From NCBI GenBank assembly GCA_036677065.1, contig JAKFBS010000002.1, positions 224,001-288,000 on the forward strand: DNA of 64,000 nt, read 5' to 3'. The position numbers and the translations under genes are program-made. The stretch is from Bdellovibrio sp. (GTDB lineage: Bacteria; Bdellovibrionota; Bdellovibrionia; Bdellovibrionales; Bdellovibrionaceae). The notes beneath the pieces were generated by a model. That model searched no databases and was not told the DNA's origin. It saw nothing but the letters and a program-made list of their open reading frames with translations. Below are positions 18,659 to 28,931 of this stretch, in pieces; the first letter of the stretch is position 1; each line of letters begins with the position of its first letter.

Positions 18659-20336
18659 AAGAACTTTTAACCACACTCTAGGCAACAACAGCGGATCAAT
18701 CGTCGTCATGGTGATGATGGGTGCTGTTGTTATGACTGCCGTTGTGGGTATGATGTTCTATGTAAAAAATGCGACTGATTCTTTGGCGTATATTGTGTCT
18801 AAGGGCACAACCCGTGCGATGAGTGAAGAAGTGATCGGAAGTATTCTTGATGTCTATTCACAACCTTTAGTTTCTACGACGTGTGATGGCCCGCTTGTGG
18901 CTGCTGCGATCAGTTTTCGTGATTTAACAAATACTAATCCCACAACTTTTACCTGGGATTCTAATCCGTCAAATTCTTCAACGCCGCCAGCTGTTGCGGC
19001 TCGTAACTGTATTATTCCAGCCTTGATGGCCAATCAGTTAGAGCGTGTACTTATTATTTTAACTCCGATGCCGACATTGGATGATTTGCCAGGAACCCGC
19101 CGCGAACTGCGTCTTGAAATTAAATTACAAAGAAAAGGTGCCGTAGCTACGCAGTCTGTGATCAGGCACTATACTTTAAGTTTATTAAGTCTTGATCGTT
19201 ATGGCGTTATTTTTAATTCTAGTTTAGCCACTGCATTTGAAGTTGATTCTATCAGTCAATTGCATTTCGATGCGCAAGTTCTTCATAGCAATAAAACAAC
19301 ACCATTTACGTTTTCAAGCTTAGTGACCTACACCGGATCACCTAAGGCGATATTTAAACAGATAGTTTATTCATTGGCAGATAAAATTAATTCTGCAGCT
19401 GCATTTGAATTAGCCAAATTTAATGCGGTCTTTGAAAAAGGTTTTAGCACTCGCCATTTACCGCATGTAAAACATTTTCCAACAACCTATGTTGGCTATT
19501 CATGGAATGAGCCTATGGATTATCAGTATGTTTATGCCAATGCAGGCGGGGTTCAGGATTTAAGCCCTTTGCCAGCTTTAACAGGCGGAAAAACTTCAAG
19601 TAACGGAGACCCTTATAATTATAACGGTACATTAGCTAATATCACAACGTTTCCTCATTCATCAGTTTTACAAAAGCTGGCTCATACCTGTGAGATCGGT
19701 GTTTTAGGAAGTGCGATCAGTAAAATCATGGTGCTGTACCGTTCAGATGCTGAAGTCACTTTGGATTTTTCGACGGATTCAGATCCGTTAAAATTTTGCG
19801 GCCTGCTTAAAGTTAGAAAACTAACCATTAAACTTCAGCCTGGTAAAACGCATTATTTGTTCGGTAAATTTTATTTTGACCAAATCAAAGTTACTGGCGG
19901 CGGAACTTTATACATTGTCGATCCCGAACTTGATACCTTGCTTACGCAAAATTACGATAGCGTGATCAGTATGACTGATCTACGCCGTGAAATGAAAACA
20001 CTTGAAGTTTATGTTGGTAACCCTTTTTATCAGCCGATTAACAGCGATCTAACAACATTGGAAGCAACTGCCGGAAGTTACGATAAAAATTTCGGCCACA
20101 AAATGCCGTCAGACTGGTTTTCAGGAACATCACAAAAAGATTTAGCAGGAAATGTTGTTGCCCCGGGCAGTCAACTTTGTGACCCGGGTATTCCAAATTA
20201 TTACTGTTGGCCAAACTATATGCGCAGTTATCGCCGCCATATAGAAGGGTCAGGGCTGCCAAATATCAGCGTGTTATTTAACGCTTCAGGCTCATTTAAC
20301 CGCACGTTGATATTTAATGTTTCGAGGACTTTATGA
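18648..20336 (+). CDS. Large PilX/GspK-like minor pilin
   Basis: NNSG|SIVVMVMMG: prepilin-like Gly and hydrophobic helix lacking Glu5, as typical of PilX/GspK. Confidence 0.6.
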   Translation: MTDKRTFNHTLGNNSGSIVVMVMMGAVVMTAVVGMMFYVKNATDSLAYIVSKGTTRAMSEEVIGSILDVYSQPLVSTTCDGPLVAAAISFRDLTNTNPTTFTWDSNPSNSSTPPAVAARNCIIPALMANQLERVLIILTPMPTLDDLPGTRRELRLEIKLQRKGAVATQSVIRHYTLSLLSLDRYGVIFNSSLATAFEVDSISQLHFDAQVLHSNKTTPFTFSSLVTYTGSPKAIFKQIVYSLADKINSAAAFELAKFNAVFEKGFSTRHLPHVKHFPTTYVGYSWNEPMDYQYVYANAGGVQDLSPLPALTGGKTSSNGDPYNYNGTLANITTFPHSSVLQKLAHTCEIGVLGSAISKIMVLYRSDAEVTLDFSTDSDPLKFCGLLKVRKLTIKLQPGKTHYLFGKFYFDQIKVTGGGTLYIVDPELDTLLTQNYDSVISMTDLRREMKTLEVYVGNPFYQPINSDLTTLEATAGSYDKNFGHKMPSDWFSGTSQKDLAGNVVAPGSQLCDPGIPNYYCWPNYMRSYRRHIEGSGLPNISVLFNASGSFNRTLIFNVSRTL

Positions 20337-20806
20337 TTATTAAAAATAATAAAGGCTTTACATTAATTGAATCAATGATGATGGGAGCTCTAGGGTTTAT
20401 TATCATCGCTGGCGCTGTTTCTGGCATTAGCTGGATTAAATCTAGCTTTAATCGTTTGTCTAAGCGTACCGTGGCGATAGAAATTGTTTCGGCTTTTTCG
20501 CAAAACTTACAGGAGCAGTTTGTTCGTTACCCCAATATAGCAATTGGCGGAACGCAAGGCACATTTGTTTTATGTTTTGATATGTCGATTCGTCCGGCAA
20601 AAAATTCTGCGGGCGGGATGGATCCGGTTGTTAAAACTTTTAGTGCTGCTAATATGAAAAAAAACAGCGGTGTTTGTGTGCTTAACGGTTACGAAATTCA
20701 TTTAACATGGACAACAACACCAAATCAATACCGCCTAATTGTTCTGGGTGTAAATAATGATTTAGGACCAGTGTATGACGAAACCGTTACAGTTTTTAAA
20801 CAGTAA
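20333..20806 (+). CDS. Small prepilin-like protein (PilV/GspI-like)
   Basis: NNKG|FTLIE class III signal; 157 aa; Cys pair; ATGA overlap with upstream gene. Confidence 0.8.
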   Translation: MIIKNNKGFTLIESMMMGALGFIIIAGAVSGISWIKSSFNRLSKRTVAIEIVSAFSQNLQEQFVRYPNIAIGGTQGTFVLCFDMSIRPAKNSAGGMDPVVKTFSAANMKKNSGVCVLNGYEIHLTWTTTPNQYRLIVLGVNNDLGPVYDETVTVFKQ

Positions 20807-21776
20807 GAGTTTAATTCATATTTTTCTATTTGGGTTATTTTCAATAATCTTGCTGGCTTCGCTTTATCTTTTTAATGTCAGCGGTTTCGGTTACCAGATC
20901 AAGTCTTCTGAAAAAGATGTACTTTGGTTGTTAATTATTTTTTCTTATCCGCATTTTATCGCCAGTTATTATTGGTTTTATAAAAACAAAACTTTACGTG
21001 AAGAAAATCGTTTTGTCGGAAAGTACTTGCCATGGATGATCGTGGGATTGCTGGCTTTAGTTTTTACTTTGAAGGCGGGTTTTTTAGTGCAGCCGATGTT
21101 GATCGCAGCCTGGATTTTACTTTTCTGGCACTTGGCTAAACAAAGTTACGGCTGTTCAGTATTTTTGGCGAAAGAAAAATTTCCAGTCACGAGTAAATCT
21201 TTGCTTTTATACAGCTATCTAAGTCTTGCCGGATTTGGTTTTTTAAATATTCAAAGACATGAAGCTAAAGTTTTGCTTTTTAAAAGTTATGTGAGTGTTT
21301 ATAAGGTGCCAGAAGGTTTTGCTTACGCGCTGTTAGGTTTTGCCTGGATTTTATTTTTTGCGTTTATTGTAACTTATGTAAAACAGACTGCAGATAAAAA
21401 TGCGAGCTATCAAAAAATAGCCATGATCAGTGTTCCGTGGGTTGCGAACTTAATGTGGTTTTCGTGGTGGACTGTTGAAAGCTTTTTTGTGCTGATTCCG
21501 GTATTTCATGCGCTTCAGTACAGCCCCTTTATTTTACAGGGAATATCCCGCTTACAAAGCGAGACAAAAGATTTTATAAAGGTAATGACGGGGATTTTTG
21601 CCGTTTCGATTTTGTTTTTCGTAGGTTTACCCTTAATTGCGAATCGATACGCACCCCAAATGGCAGAATCGGTAGTGACTTCGATGTTTGTCTTTTTTAA
21701 CTTACATCATTTTTTTATTGATTCGGTCGGATGGAAGTTAAGTAAAGAATCGATCAGAAAAATTCTTTTTAATTAA
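20775..21776 (+). CDS. Polytopic membrane protein with four His motifs, function unknown
   Basis: YPHFIASY, FWHLAKQSYG, FHALQY and NLHHFFID..GW; about 9-10 TM segments. Confidence 0.65.
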   Translation: MTKPLQFLNSKSLIHIFLFGLFSIILLASLYLFNVSGFGYQIKSSEKDVLWLLIIFSYPHFIASYYWFYKNKTLREENRFVGKYLPWMIVGLLALVFTLKAGFLVQPMLIAAWILLFWHLAKQSYGCSVFLAKEKFPVTSKSLLLYSYLSLAGFGFLNIQRHEAKVLLFKSYVSVYKVPEGFAYALLGFAWILFFAFIVTYVKQTADKNASYQKIAMISVPWVANLMWFSWWTVESFFVLIPVFHALQYSPFILQGISRLQSETKDFIKVMTGIFAVSILFFVGLPLIANRYAPQMAESVVTSMFVFFNLHHFFIDSVGWKLSKESIRKILFN

Positions 21777-21798
21777 GCTGTATAATTTAAAAAATCGC

Positions 21799-21831
21799 AA
21801 AAAAAAAGCGAGTGTTGACTCGCTTTTTTTT
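21799..21831. terminator. Bidirectional intrinsic terminator
   Basis: A9-GCGAGT-GTTG-ACTCGC-T8 between convergent genes. Confidence 0.88.
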
Positions 21832-21851
21832 ACTTTGATCAGTATGAAGAA

Positions 21852-22094
21852 TTAAGAGTTCTGATCTTGTTTTTGTTTTTCAGTTTGAGCTTGGTTTACA
21901 CCTTGTTTGTTAGCATTAAGTTGTTCTTGCGGGCTAACATCTTTTGCTTCAGTGTCGATTTCGTTTAAGCCTTGTTTAAAGCCTTTGATCGCTTTACCTA
22001 ATGATTGGCCTAAAGCTGGTAGACGGCTTGGTCCAAAAAAGATCAATAAAATTAAAGATAAAATCAGAATATGTGAAAGGCTAAACTCACCCAC
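21852..22094 (-). CDS. tatA: Twin-arginine translocase TatA/E subunit
   Basis: LIFFGPSRLPALGQSLGKAIKGFK; AGGAG RBS before GTG start. Confidence 0.93.
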   Translation of the reverse strand: MGEFSLSHILILSLILLIFFGPSRLPALGQSLGKAIKGFKQGLNEIDTEAKDVSPQEQLNANKQGVNQAQTEKQKQDQNS

Positions 22095-22141
22095 GGTAGG
22101 CTCCTTGTTTATAGAAATTACTATCTATTCAGGAGTTCAGA

Positions 22142-22606
22142 TTACTCTTGTTCAGCCGGTATTTCAACAATTTCAATTGATGATTCGTCTGTATTGTTGC
22201 TCAAATCACCCTGAGACTGGTCTTTAGACATGGGTAGTTCGCGCGCACCGCTTGAACGCTTAATGTAACCCTCTTTAGAAGGTCTATTGTTTTGAATTGA
22301 GATATTATCATCAGAGCTCGGAGCCGCAGAAGCTTTAGCTGATTCGCCCTTTGAAATCTTTTTTAGTTTGTTTTCAAAACGGCTTTTAACAGCAGCTAAT
22401 TCTTCTTCGTACTCTTTGCGCACTTCTTTAATTTGCGACTGCTTTTGATCAGTCACACAGTTTTTATAAGTTTCAGCAGCAATTTCTTTAGCTTTATTTC
22501 GGCACATAAGTTCAAAAGAACCTCCGCCGACAGCAGCCATTGATGAATTTGAAACGCTCAAGATTCCTAAGATTAAAACTGTTTTTAAAGCTGTGCTTTT
22601 TTTCAT
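22142..22606 (-). CDS. Secreted hypothetical protein with coiled coil
   Basis: Signal peptide ending SMA; CRNKAKEIA..YKNC helical region; acidic tail. Confidence 0.65.
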   Translation of the reverse strand: MKKSTALKTVLILGILSVSNSSMAAVGGGSFELMCRNKAKEIAAETYKNCVTDQKQSQIKEVRKEYEEELAAVKSRFENKLKKISKGESAKASAAPSSDDNISIQNNRPSKEGYIKRSSGARELPMSKDQSQGDLSNNTDESSIEIVEIPAEQE

Positions 22607-22736
22607 AAACTAAACCCCATTAAATTATTTCATTAATGAAGTATTACAATCCACAGGCCAGATAATGAGGAATATAGAGGACTTATGAGAAGTCCCTAAG
22701 GAAAAATATTCAGAGTTGTACTGTTTAACGACGGTC

Positions 22737-23996
22737 TTAGCGGCGAACTGTTTTAGGGTCGATAGCGTCTTGTAGGCCATCACCTAAGAAGTTAAAGCTG
22801 ACAACCACTAAGAAGATCAAGATACCCGGTAAAACCGCTAAGAACGGAGCCTGGTAAATCAACTCTTGGGCGTTGAATAGCATGTTACCCCAGCTAGGCA
22901 TAGGCGGTTGAATTCCTAAACCCAAGTAAGATAAAGCCGCTTCGAATAGAATCGAATCACCCACACCTAAAGTTACAGATACCAATAGCGGAGCAACAAC
23001 GTTTGGAAACATATGACGAACGATGATCGTTAAATCGGTAGCACCCAATGTTTTAGAAGCTAAGATAAACTCACGCTCACGTAACGATAAAATACTGCCG
23101 CGAATTAAGCGAGCCACAGTCATCCATGAAAATAAACAAAGAATAAATACAAGCTTGTAGATAGACTCTTTACCGCCAGAGAAAATGTTATTCACCAGCT
23201 CTTGCGCTAAGTTTCCGCCAGTTGCACCGAATAGGCCTTCAGCAACGCTGACTAAGCCGCCTAAAACCTTCTTAAGATCAATGGCAGCGATAACAACCAA
23301 GACTGGTAAAATGGGAAGCGATAGAAGTGAATCTGTCACGCGCATTAAAACCGTGTCGATGATTCCGCCGTAATACCCAGCCAGCGAACCAATAATTAAC
23401 CCAATTAAAGCAGAAGCTATTGCAACTAAAATACCTACACCGATTGAAACGCGAGTACCGTAAACTAAGCGCATTAAAACATCGCGGCCAAGTTCGTCTG
23501 TTCCAAACAAGTGAAAGCTTTTAAAGTTATGAACCATTTTAACAAGCTCATCTTTTTTGCCGGTGTCGATGGCTTTGATAGTTTCGATGGCTTTTGATTC
23601 ATCTAAATTGACCCAGTCATATAAAGCATCTTCTGGGCGCACAGGTTGCACAAGATTTTTTTCTAAAAGCGAAGTTTGAATCTTTGTCGCTTCTTCAGGA
23701 TTTGCGCGAATGAAGTTTTGAATAGCTTGTTCGCGCGCATCTTGTGGGGCGATGATTTTAGAAAATGGTGGCTTGTAGCGGTTAAAAACGTTTTGCGAAT
23801 CTGAATCAGTGCCTGTGGCGTATTCGATTACGGGTGCAAGGATTGCGACCAACATGAAAAACAGGATTAACCAGGCGCCAAATACAGCGGCCTTGTGTTC
23901 TTTAAATTGGGTGTAAACAATTTGAAAAAACGTTTGAGAGGTTTCAATACTTTTAAGTTCAGCAGCCGAAGGTGGCGTATTTACTGTTTCGCTCAT
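22737..23996 (-). CDS. oppC: Oligopeptide ABC transporter permease (OppC/DppC)
   Basis: FGTDELGRDV, EFILASKTLGA and GLGIQPPMPSWGNML. Confidence 0.92.
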   Translation of the reverse strand: MSETVNTPPSAAELKSIETSQTFFQIVYTQFKEHKAAVFGAWLILFFMLVAILAPVIEYATGTDSDSQNVFNRYKPPFSKIIAPQDAREQAIQNFIRANPEEATKIQTSLLEKNLVQPVRPEDALYDWVNLDESKAIETIKAIDTGKKDELVKMVHNFKSFHLFGTDELGRDVLMRLVYGTRVSIGVGILVAIASALIGLIIGSLAGYYGGIIDTVLMRVTDSLLSLPILPVLVVIAAIDLKKVLGGLVSVAEGLFGATGGNLAQELVNNIFSGGKESIYKLVFILCLFSWMTVARLIRGSILSLREREFILASKTLGATDLTIIVRHMFPNVVAPLLVSVTLGVGDSILFEAALSYLGLGIQPPMPSWGNMLFNAQELIYQAPFLAVLPGILIFLVVVSFNFLGDGLQDAIDPKTVRR

Positions 23997-24010
23997 TGTC
24001 TCATTCCCTC

Positions 24011-24982
24011 TTATTTGTACGAAATTCTTGGATCTGCAGCGCCGTACAACAAGTCAGCGACTAAGTTCATTAGTAAAACCATAGCAATAGAAATAATAAA
24101 ACTAATCATCGCCACGTTAAAATCATTACCGATGATTGATGTGTAAATTAAACGTCCAACACCAGGGTAGGCAAATAACGACTCAGTAATAAGTGCTCCT
24201 GAAAACACCGACGAGAAGCTGATCGCAACGATGGTAATTAACGGGATTAAAGCATTTCTAAAGCCATGTTTCCAGATCACAACTTGTTCAGACATTCCTT
24301 TGGCGCGGGCAGTGCGGATAAAATCATTTCTCATGGCTTCAACCATTGCTGAACGCGAGAAGCGAGAAAAACGGCCGATCGATTGAACTGATAATGATAA
24401 AATTGGTAAAATTAAATATTTGGCTTTATCTAGTAACTCTTCAAACAAGTTATTGTAATGCATGCCTGTCGTTTGATAACCACCAGCCGGTAACCAGCCA
24501 AGACCTACCGAGAAAATAATAATTAAAACGATACCTAAAAAGAATGAAGGAATCGAGATTCCCCCGAAATTGAAAATATTAACCAAATAATCCATTTTAG
24601 AATTTGGTTTTAAAGCACAGTAGATTCCCAGCGGAATTCCTACCATAATAGCAAATAGCAGCGATCCCATTGATAATACAAAGGTCGCTTTTAGTGATGG
24701 TCCCATCATCTCGGTTACGGGAATGCGGTAAGTGCGTGAATAACCTAAATCACCTTTAGCGATTTCAGATACCCAGTTAAAATAACGAACATAAGTCGGT
24801 TGATCTAAACCGTAGAAAGCTCTTAAACGAACAACATCTTCTTGAGTGATTTTAGGATTAGCAGAAATCATTAATTCAATCGGATCACCCGGCATTAATG
24901 TCATTAAGCTAAAGCACACGTAAGACAAGATAACGATTACCATTAATGTCTGTAGAATGCGGCGAAGTATGTATGTAGTCAT
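24011..24982 (-). CDS. oppB: Oligopeptide ABC transporter permease (OppB/DppB)
   Basis: MPGDP, GLDQP..RY, GDLGYS and DFIRTARAKG. Confidence 0.92.
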   Translation of the reverse strand: MTTYILRRILQTLMVIVILSYVCFSLMTLMPGDPIELMISANPKITQEDVVRLRAFYGLDQPTYVRYFNWVSEIAKGDLGYSRTYRIPVTEMMGPSLKATFVLSMGSLLFAIMVGIPLGIYCALKPNSKMDYLVNIFNFGGISIPSFFLGIVLIIIFSVGLGWLPAGGYQTTGMHYNNLFEELLDKAKYLILPILSLSVQSIGRFSRFSRSAMVEAMRNDFIRTARAKGMSEQVVIWKHGFRNALIPLITIVAISFSSVFSGALITESLFAYPGVGRLIYTSIIGNDFNVAMISFIISIAMVLLMNLVADLLYGAADPRISYK

Positions 24983-25006
24983 CGATCGGTTCCTGTATGA
25001 GAAAAT

Positions 25007-25040
25007 AAAAAGGACAACCGATTACTCGGTTATCCTTTTT
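25007..25040 (-). terminator. Intergenic stem-loop after oppA (partial terminator or mRNA stabiliser)
   Basis: AAAAAGGACAACCGA-TTAC-TCGGTTATCCTTTTT; U-tract on the minus strand. Confidence 0.7.
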
Positions 25041-25053
25041 GTAATGTATCAAA

Positions 25054-26781
25054 CTATTCTAAATTCCAAAGCTCAACTACGTTGGTCTCAGGGAATTGGT
25101 GGCCAGTTAAACGGTAACCTTTTAATTGGTTAGGAATAACTGCAACGTCAGAACGGTAGTATAAAGGTAAAACTGGCACTTCATCAGTGTAAGCTTTTAA
25201 AACTTCATGAACCATTTCAATACGTTTTTCGTTTTTCATTTCTGTATCTAAAGCTTCTAAAGTTTTATCAACAGTAGCGTTTGACCAACCCATGTAGTTT
25301 TGGCCAGACCAACCGTTTTTAGCAGTAGGAATATTTTTAGAAGAGAAAGTTGATTTAGGTGTATTTTCTGGAGAAGAAACCCAGGCAAATAACGCCATAG
25401 AATCAAACGCACGTTTTTTAGTAGTTTCACCGAAGAATACGCGAGCTGGTTCATTTTTAGCATTTACTTCGATACCAACTTGTTTCCATTGATTTTGAAG
25501 ATAAACTTGAACTAATTCACGAGTTTTGTTTCCAGCAGTTGTCATCACTGTGAAAGATAGGCGTTTGCCATCTTTAACGCGGATGCCATCAGCACCTGGT
25601 TTCCAACCGGCTTCGTCTAATAAACGTTCAGCTTCGCGTTTATTGTATTTGTAAATAGTCACTTTAGCTGGATCAGCCGTAAACCATGGATCACGTGGAG
25701 TCACCGAGTGAATTGCCGGTTGTTGTTTGCCTTCGAATAAAGCGTTAACAAGGTCTTCTTTGTTGATCGCGAAGTTTAAGGCTTTACGAACGCGCACATC
25801 TTTTAAGAAAGCGTTGTCTAAGTTTAAATCGATGTGTTCATACACAGTCGATGGTTGGAATAAAACTTGGTAACCTAAGTTTTCAGATTTAACTTTTTTC
25901 TCGAAAGCTAAAGCTTGATCTAGGGCTAAACCTAAAGTCGAAATTAAATCGATTGTGCCCGAACGTAAGTTCGCCTCAAGCGTACCAGTGTTAGGAATTA
26001 ATTTTACGATGATTTTTTTGATGTTTGCTTGAGTTCCGTAGAACTTAGGATTCGGAACGAAAGTAACGTGGTCACCTAATTGAATTTCAGAAATTAAGTA
26101 AGGGCCATTGAAAAGACCAACATTTGTAGGATCTTTAGAGTAGATAGAATTCTTCTCGTAGCCTTCTTTTTGTGCGCCATGTTTTTTGAATACGGCTTCT
26201 TCCAATTGTTTTGGAACTGGGTAGAAGGTGCCTAACATGTAGAAATCCCATTTTGCTTTTTCATATGTGAATAAGCATTTTTTAGGGTTTTTATCTACTA
26301 GTTCGATTTTTTCTACTTGCGTGTAAACTTCTTTTTCGCCTACGCCCACATTTGGCGAAGAAGCAATTTTAACTGCTAAAGAAAAGTCGTCGCAAGTGAT
26401 AGGAGTGCCATCACCCCATGTAGCGTTGTCTAATAATTCCCAAGTGGCTTGTAGTTTTTCTTTACCACCGATTTTTACGATTTTAGCCGTACCATCATCA
26501 AGAGAAGGAATGGCTTTCGCTAACTGTGGAACCCATTTGCCGTCAGCATCGATAGTTACTAAAGTTCTATTAACCATACGTTGCATGTATGTTGTTGCTA
26601 ACATAGATGAAATTAATGGATTAAAGTTTTCGAACTCTTGCGAGATACCGATTTTTAATTCGTTGTTTGTTAACTTAGTGCCTGCTCCTTGAGCTTGTAC
26701 TTCGCCGGTTTGACCAGCGTCTTTTTTAGTACAAGCAGCAACTAACATTGCTACTACTAAAAGACCCGTTAAATTTTTCAT
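25054..26781 (-). CDS. oppA: Peptide ABC transporter substrate-binding lipoprotein (family 5)
   Basis: Lipobox VAAC; WGDGTPIT.DD, NGPY, DVRVRKAL..AI and LLDEAGW. Confidence 0.92.
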   Translation of the reverse strand: MKNLTGLLVVAMLVAACTKKDAGQTGEVQAQGAGTKLTNNELKIGISQEFENFNPLISSMLATTYMQRMVNRTLVTIDADGKWVPQLAKAIPSLDDGTAKIVKIGGKEKLQATWELLDNATWGDGTPITCDDFSLAVKIASSPNVGVGEKEVYTQVEKIELVDKNPKKCLFTYEKAKWDFYMLGTFYPVPKQLEEAVFKKHGAQKEGYEKNSIYSKDPTNVGLFNGPYLISEIQLGDHVTFVPNPKFYGTQANIKKIIVKLIPNTGTLEANLRSGTIDLISTLGLALDQALAFEKKVKSENLGYQVLFQPSTVYEHIDLNLDNAFLKDVRVRKALNFAINKEDLVNALFEGKQQPAIHSVTPRDPWFTADPAKVTIYKYNKREAERLLDEAGWKPGADGIRVKDGKRLSFTVMTTAGNKTRELVQVYLQNQWKQVGIEVNAKNEPARVFFGETTKKRAFDSMALFAWVSSPENTPKSTFSSKNIPTAKNGWSGQNYMGWSNATVDKTLEALDTEMKNEKRIEMVHEVLKAYTDEVPVLPLYYRSDVAVIPNQLKGYRLTGHQFPETNVVELWNLE

Positions 26782-27797
26782 GACAACTCCTTTTGTGTCG
26801 TTGAATTTAGTTTATAATGGCATGCAGCTTGGTGGCCGATTTCGCCTGTGAGCTCAGGACGCTCAGTCACGCATCGGTCTTGTTTATAAGGGCAGCGTGG
26901 GTGGAACGTGCAGCCCGATGGCGGATTAATCGGAGATGGAATTTCGCCGGTTAAGATTTTCGCCATTTTCTTTTTACCCGTACCGATAGATGGAATAGAT
27001 CCAAGTAAGGCATGAGTGTAAGGATGATGTGGATTTTTAAATAATTCTTCGCGCGTTGTTAATTCAACGATACGACCTAAGTACATGACCGCTACGCGGT
27101 CACAAACGTGTTCGATCACTGATAAATCATGCGAAATAAAAATATACGTTAAACCTAAGCGCTCTTGTAGATCTTTAAGTAAATTTAAAATCTGCGCCTG
27201 AATTGAAACATCAAGTGCAGAAACTGGTTCATCGCATATAATTAATTTTGGATCTAGTGCAATAGCGCGCGCGATTGAAATACGTTGGCGTTGACCGCCA
27301 GAGAATTCATGCGGGTAGCGATTGATGTGCGACGGACGCAAGCCCACTAGTTCTAATAATTGTTGCACGCGTGCGGTGCGCTCTTTAGGGCCTAAGATAT
27401 TGTGAATCACGAATGGTTGTTCGATGATTTGACCAACAGTCATACGTGGATCTAAAGACGCATAAGGATCTTGGAAGATCATTTGAATGTCTTTACGAGC
27501 TGCACGTAAATCTTTACCAGAGGCATCTAAAAAGTTTTTATGTTCGAATTCGATTTGGCCGGCAGTTGGTTCGTATAAACGAATCAGTGTTCTGCCTAAA
27601 GTTGATTTGCCGCAGCCTGATTCGCCAACTAAACCTAAAGTTTCACCTTTGCGAACTGTTAAACTTACATCGTCGACAGCTTTTACATCAGCCACGTGAC
27701 GCAAAAAGAATCCCTTTTTAATAGGAAAATATTTTTTGATATTTTTTGCGACTAAAATGTTTTCTGAGTCGGAATGTTTAGCGTGATCACTCATCAT
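26778..27797 (-). CDS. oppF: Oligopeptide ABC ATPase (OppF/DppF)
   Basis: [29 protein letters not shown] and C-terminal GCTFHPRC. Confidence 0.93.
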   Translation of the reverse strand: MMSDHAKHSDSENILVAKNIKKYFPIKKGFFLRHVADVKAVDDVSLTVRKGETLGLVGESGCGKSTLGRTLIRLYEPTAGQIEFEHKNFLDASGKDLRAARKDIQMIFQDPYASLDPRMTVGQIIEQPFVIHNILGPKERTARVQQLLELVGLRPSHINRYPHEFSGGQRQRISIARAIALDPKLIICDEPVSALDVSIQAQILNLLKDLQERLGLTYIFISHDLSVIEHVCDRVAVMYLGRIVELTTREELFKNPHHPYTHALLGSIPSIGTGKKKMAKILTGEIPSPINPPSGCTFHPRCPYKQDRCVTERPELTGEIGHQAACHYKLNSTTQKELS

Positions 27798-27803
27798 AGT
27801 CTC

Positions 27804-28799
27804 CTATTGTGGTACTGGGTTAAAGCACGCAACTGATTGTTCGCGGCCACTTGAATTTGTAAATGGAAGCATTGGTGGCTTGTTCGTCCAGCATTCAGTT
27901 TTTACACGGGCGCAACGAGTTGCGAACGGGCAGCCACTTGGTAATTCATGCGGAGCCGGAACCGAGCCTTCGATTGTTTTTAAACGTTTCGAATGTACAC
28001 CAATGCGCGGACGCGATTCGATTAATGCAGCAGTGTAGGGATGGCGAGGTGAAGTTAATACATCTTGAGTATTACCTTTTTCGCACATTTGCCCACCGTA
28101 CATGACTAACACATTATCTGACACTTCAGAAATAACACCCAGATCATGAGTGATAAACTGAACTGACATATTCATTTTTTCTTGTAAGCTTTGGAATAAT
28201 TCTAAAATTTGCGCCTGAATCGTAACATCAAGAGCCGTAGTAGGTTCATCGGCAATCAACATGATCGGGTTGCATGATAGAGCCATGGCGATCATCGCAC
28301 GTTGGCGCATACCACCTGATAAATGATGGGGGTATGAAGTATAACGTTCAGCCGCTGAAGGAATGCCCACTAATTGCAACATTTCGATCGCACGGTCACG
28401 AGAATCTTTAGCGTTTAATTTTAAATGTTTTTGGATTTGTTCATCCATTTGATAACCGATGGTTAACACTGGATTTAAAGCAGTCATAGGCTCTTGAAAA
28501 ATCATCGCCATTTTTCCGCCACGGATGGCTTCCATTTGTTGTGGCGTTTGTTTAACCAGATCAACACTGCCCATGCCTGGAGCTGTTAAAATAGCAGAAC
28601 CGTGAGTGATTTTTCCCGGTGTGGCTACGAGTTGCATTAATGAAAAAGAAGTTACGGATTTGCCGCAACCAGATTCGCCAACGATACCTAAAGTTTCGCC
28701 TTTACCGATATCATAAGAAATACGGTTAACCGCGTGAAATGGGCCGGTTTTTAAAAAAAATGTAGTCTCAAGTTCGCGAACTTTTAAAACGGGTTCCAA
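27804..28799 (-). CDS. oppD: Oligopeptide ABC ATPase (OppD/DppD)
   Basis: [27 protein letters not shown] and [11 protein letters not shown] start with GAGGG RBS. Confidence 0.93.
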   Translation of the reverse strand: MEPVLKVRELETTFFLKTGPFHAVNRISYDIGKGETLGIVGESGCGKSVTSFSLMQLVATPGKITHGSAILTAPGMGSVDLVKQTPQQMEAIRGGKMAMIFQEPMTALNPVLTIGYQMDEQIQKHLKLNAKDSRDRAIEMLQLVGIPSAAERYTSYPHHLSGGMRQRAMIAMALSCNPIMLIADEPTTALDVTIQAQILELFQSLQEKMNMSVQFITHDLGVISEVSDNVLVMYGGQMCEKGNTQDVLTSPRHPYTAALIESRPRIGVHSKRLKTIEGSVPAPHELPSGCPFATRCARVKTECWTNKPPMLPFTNSSGREQSVACFNPVPQ

Positions 28800-28820
28800 T
28801 GCGCTATTCCCTCATTGTTA

Positions 28821-28852
28821 AACAAGAAGTACCTATAAAGGGACTTCTTGTT
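28821..28852. other. Stem-loop between sohB and oppD
   Basis: AACAAGAAGT...ACTTCTTGTT 10-bp inverted repeat. Confidence 0.5.
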
Positions 28853-28931
28853 GTGCTTTTAGTACATTAACTCCAGTTATAAATAAAGCAGCCATGACGT
28901 TAATGCGTAGCAGAATTAGTTGTTTCGCTGA

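Noticed and set aside
22645..22660. Sigma54-like element on the minus strand (TGGCCTGTGGATTGTA) upstream of 22606
   Set aside because: Lacks the conserved GC at -12; too weak to call
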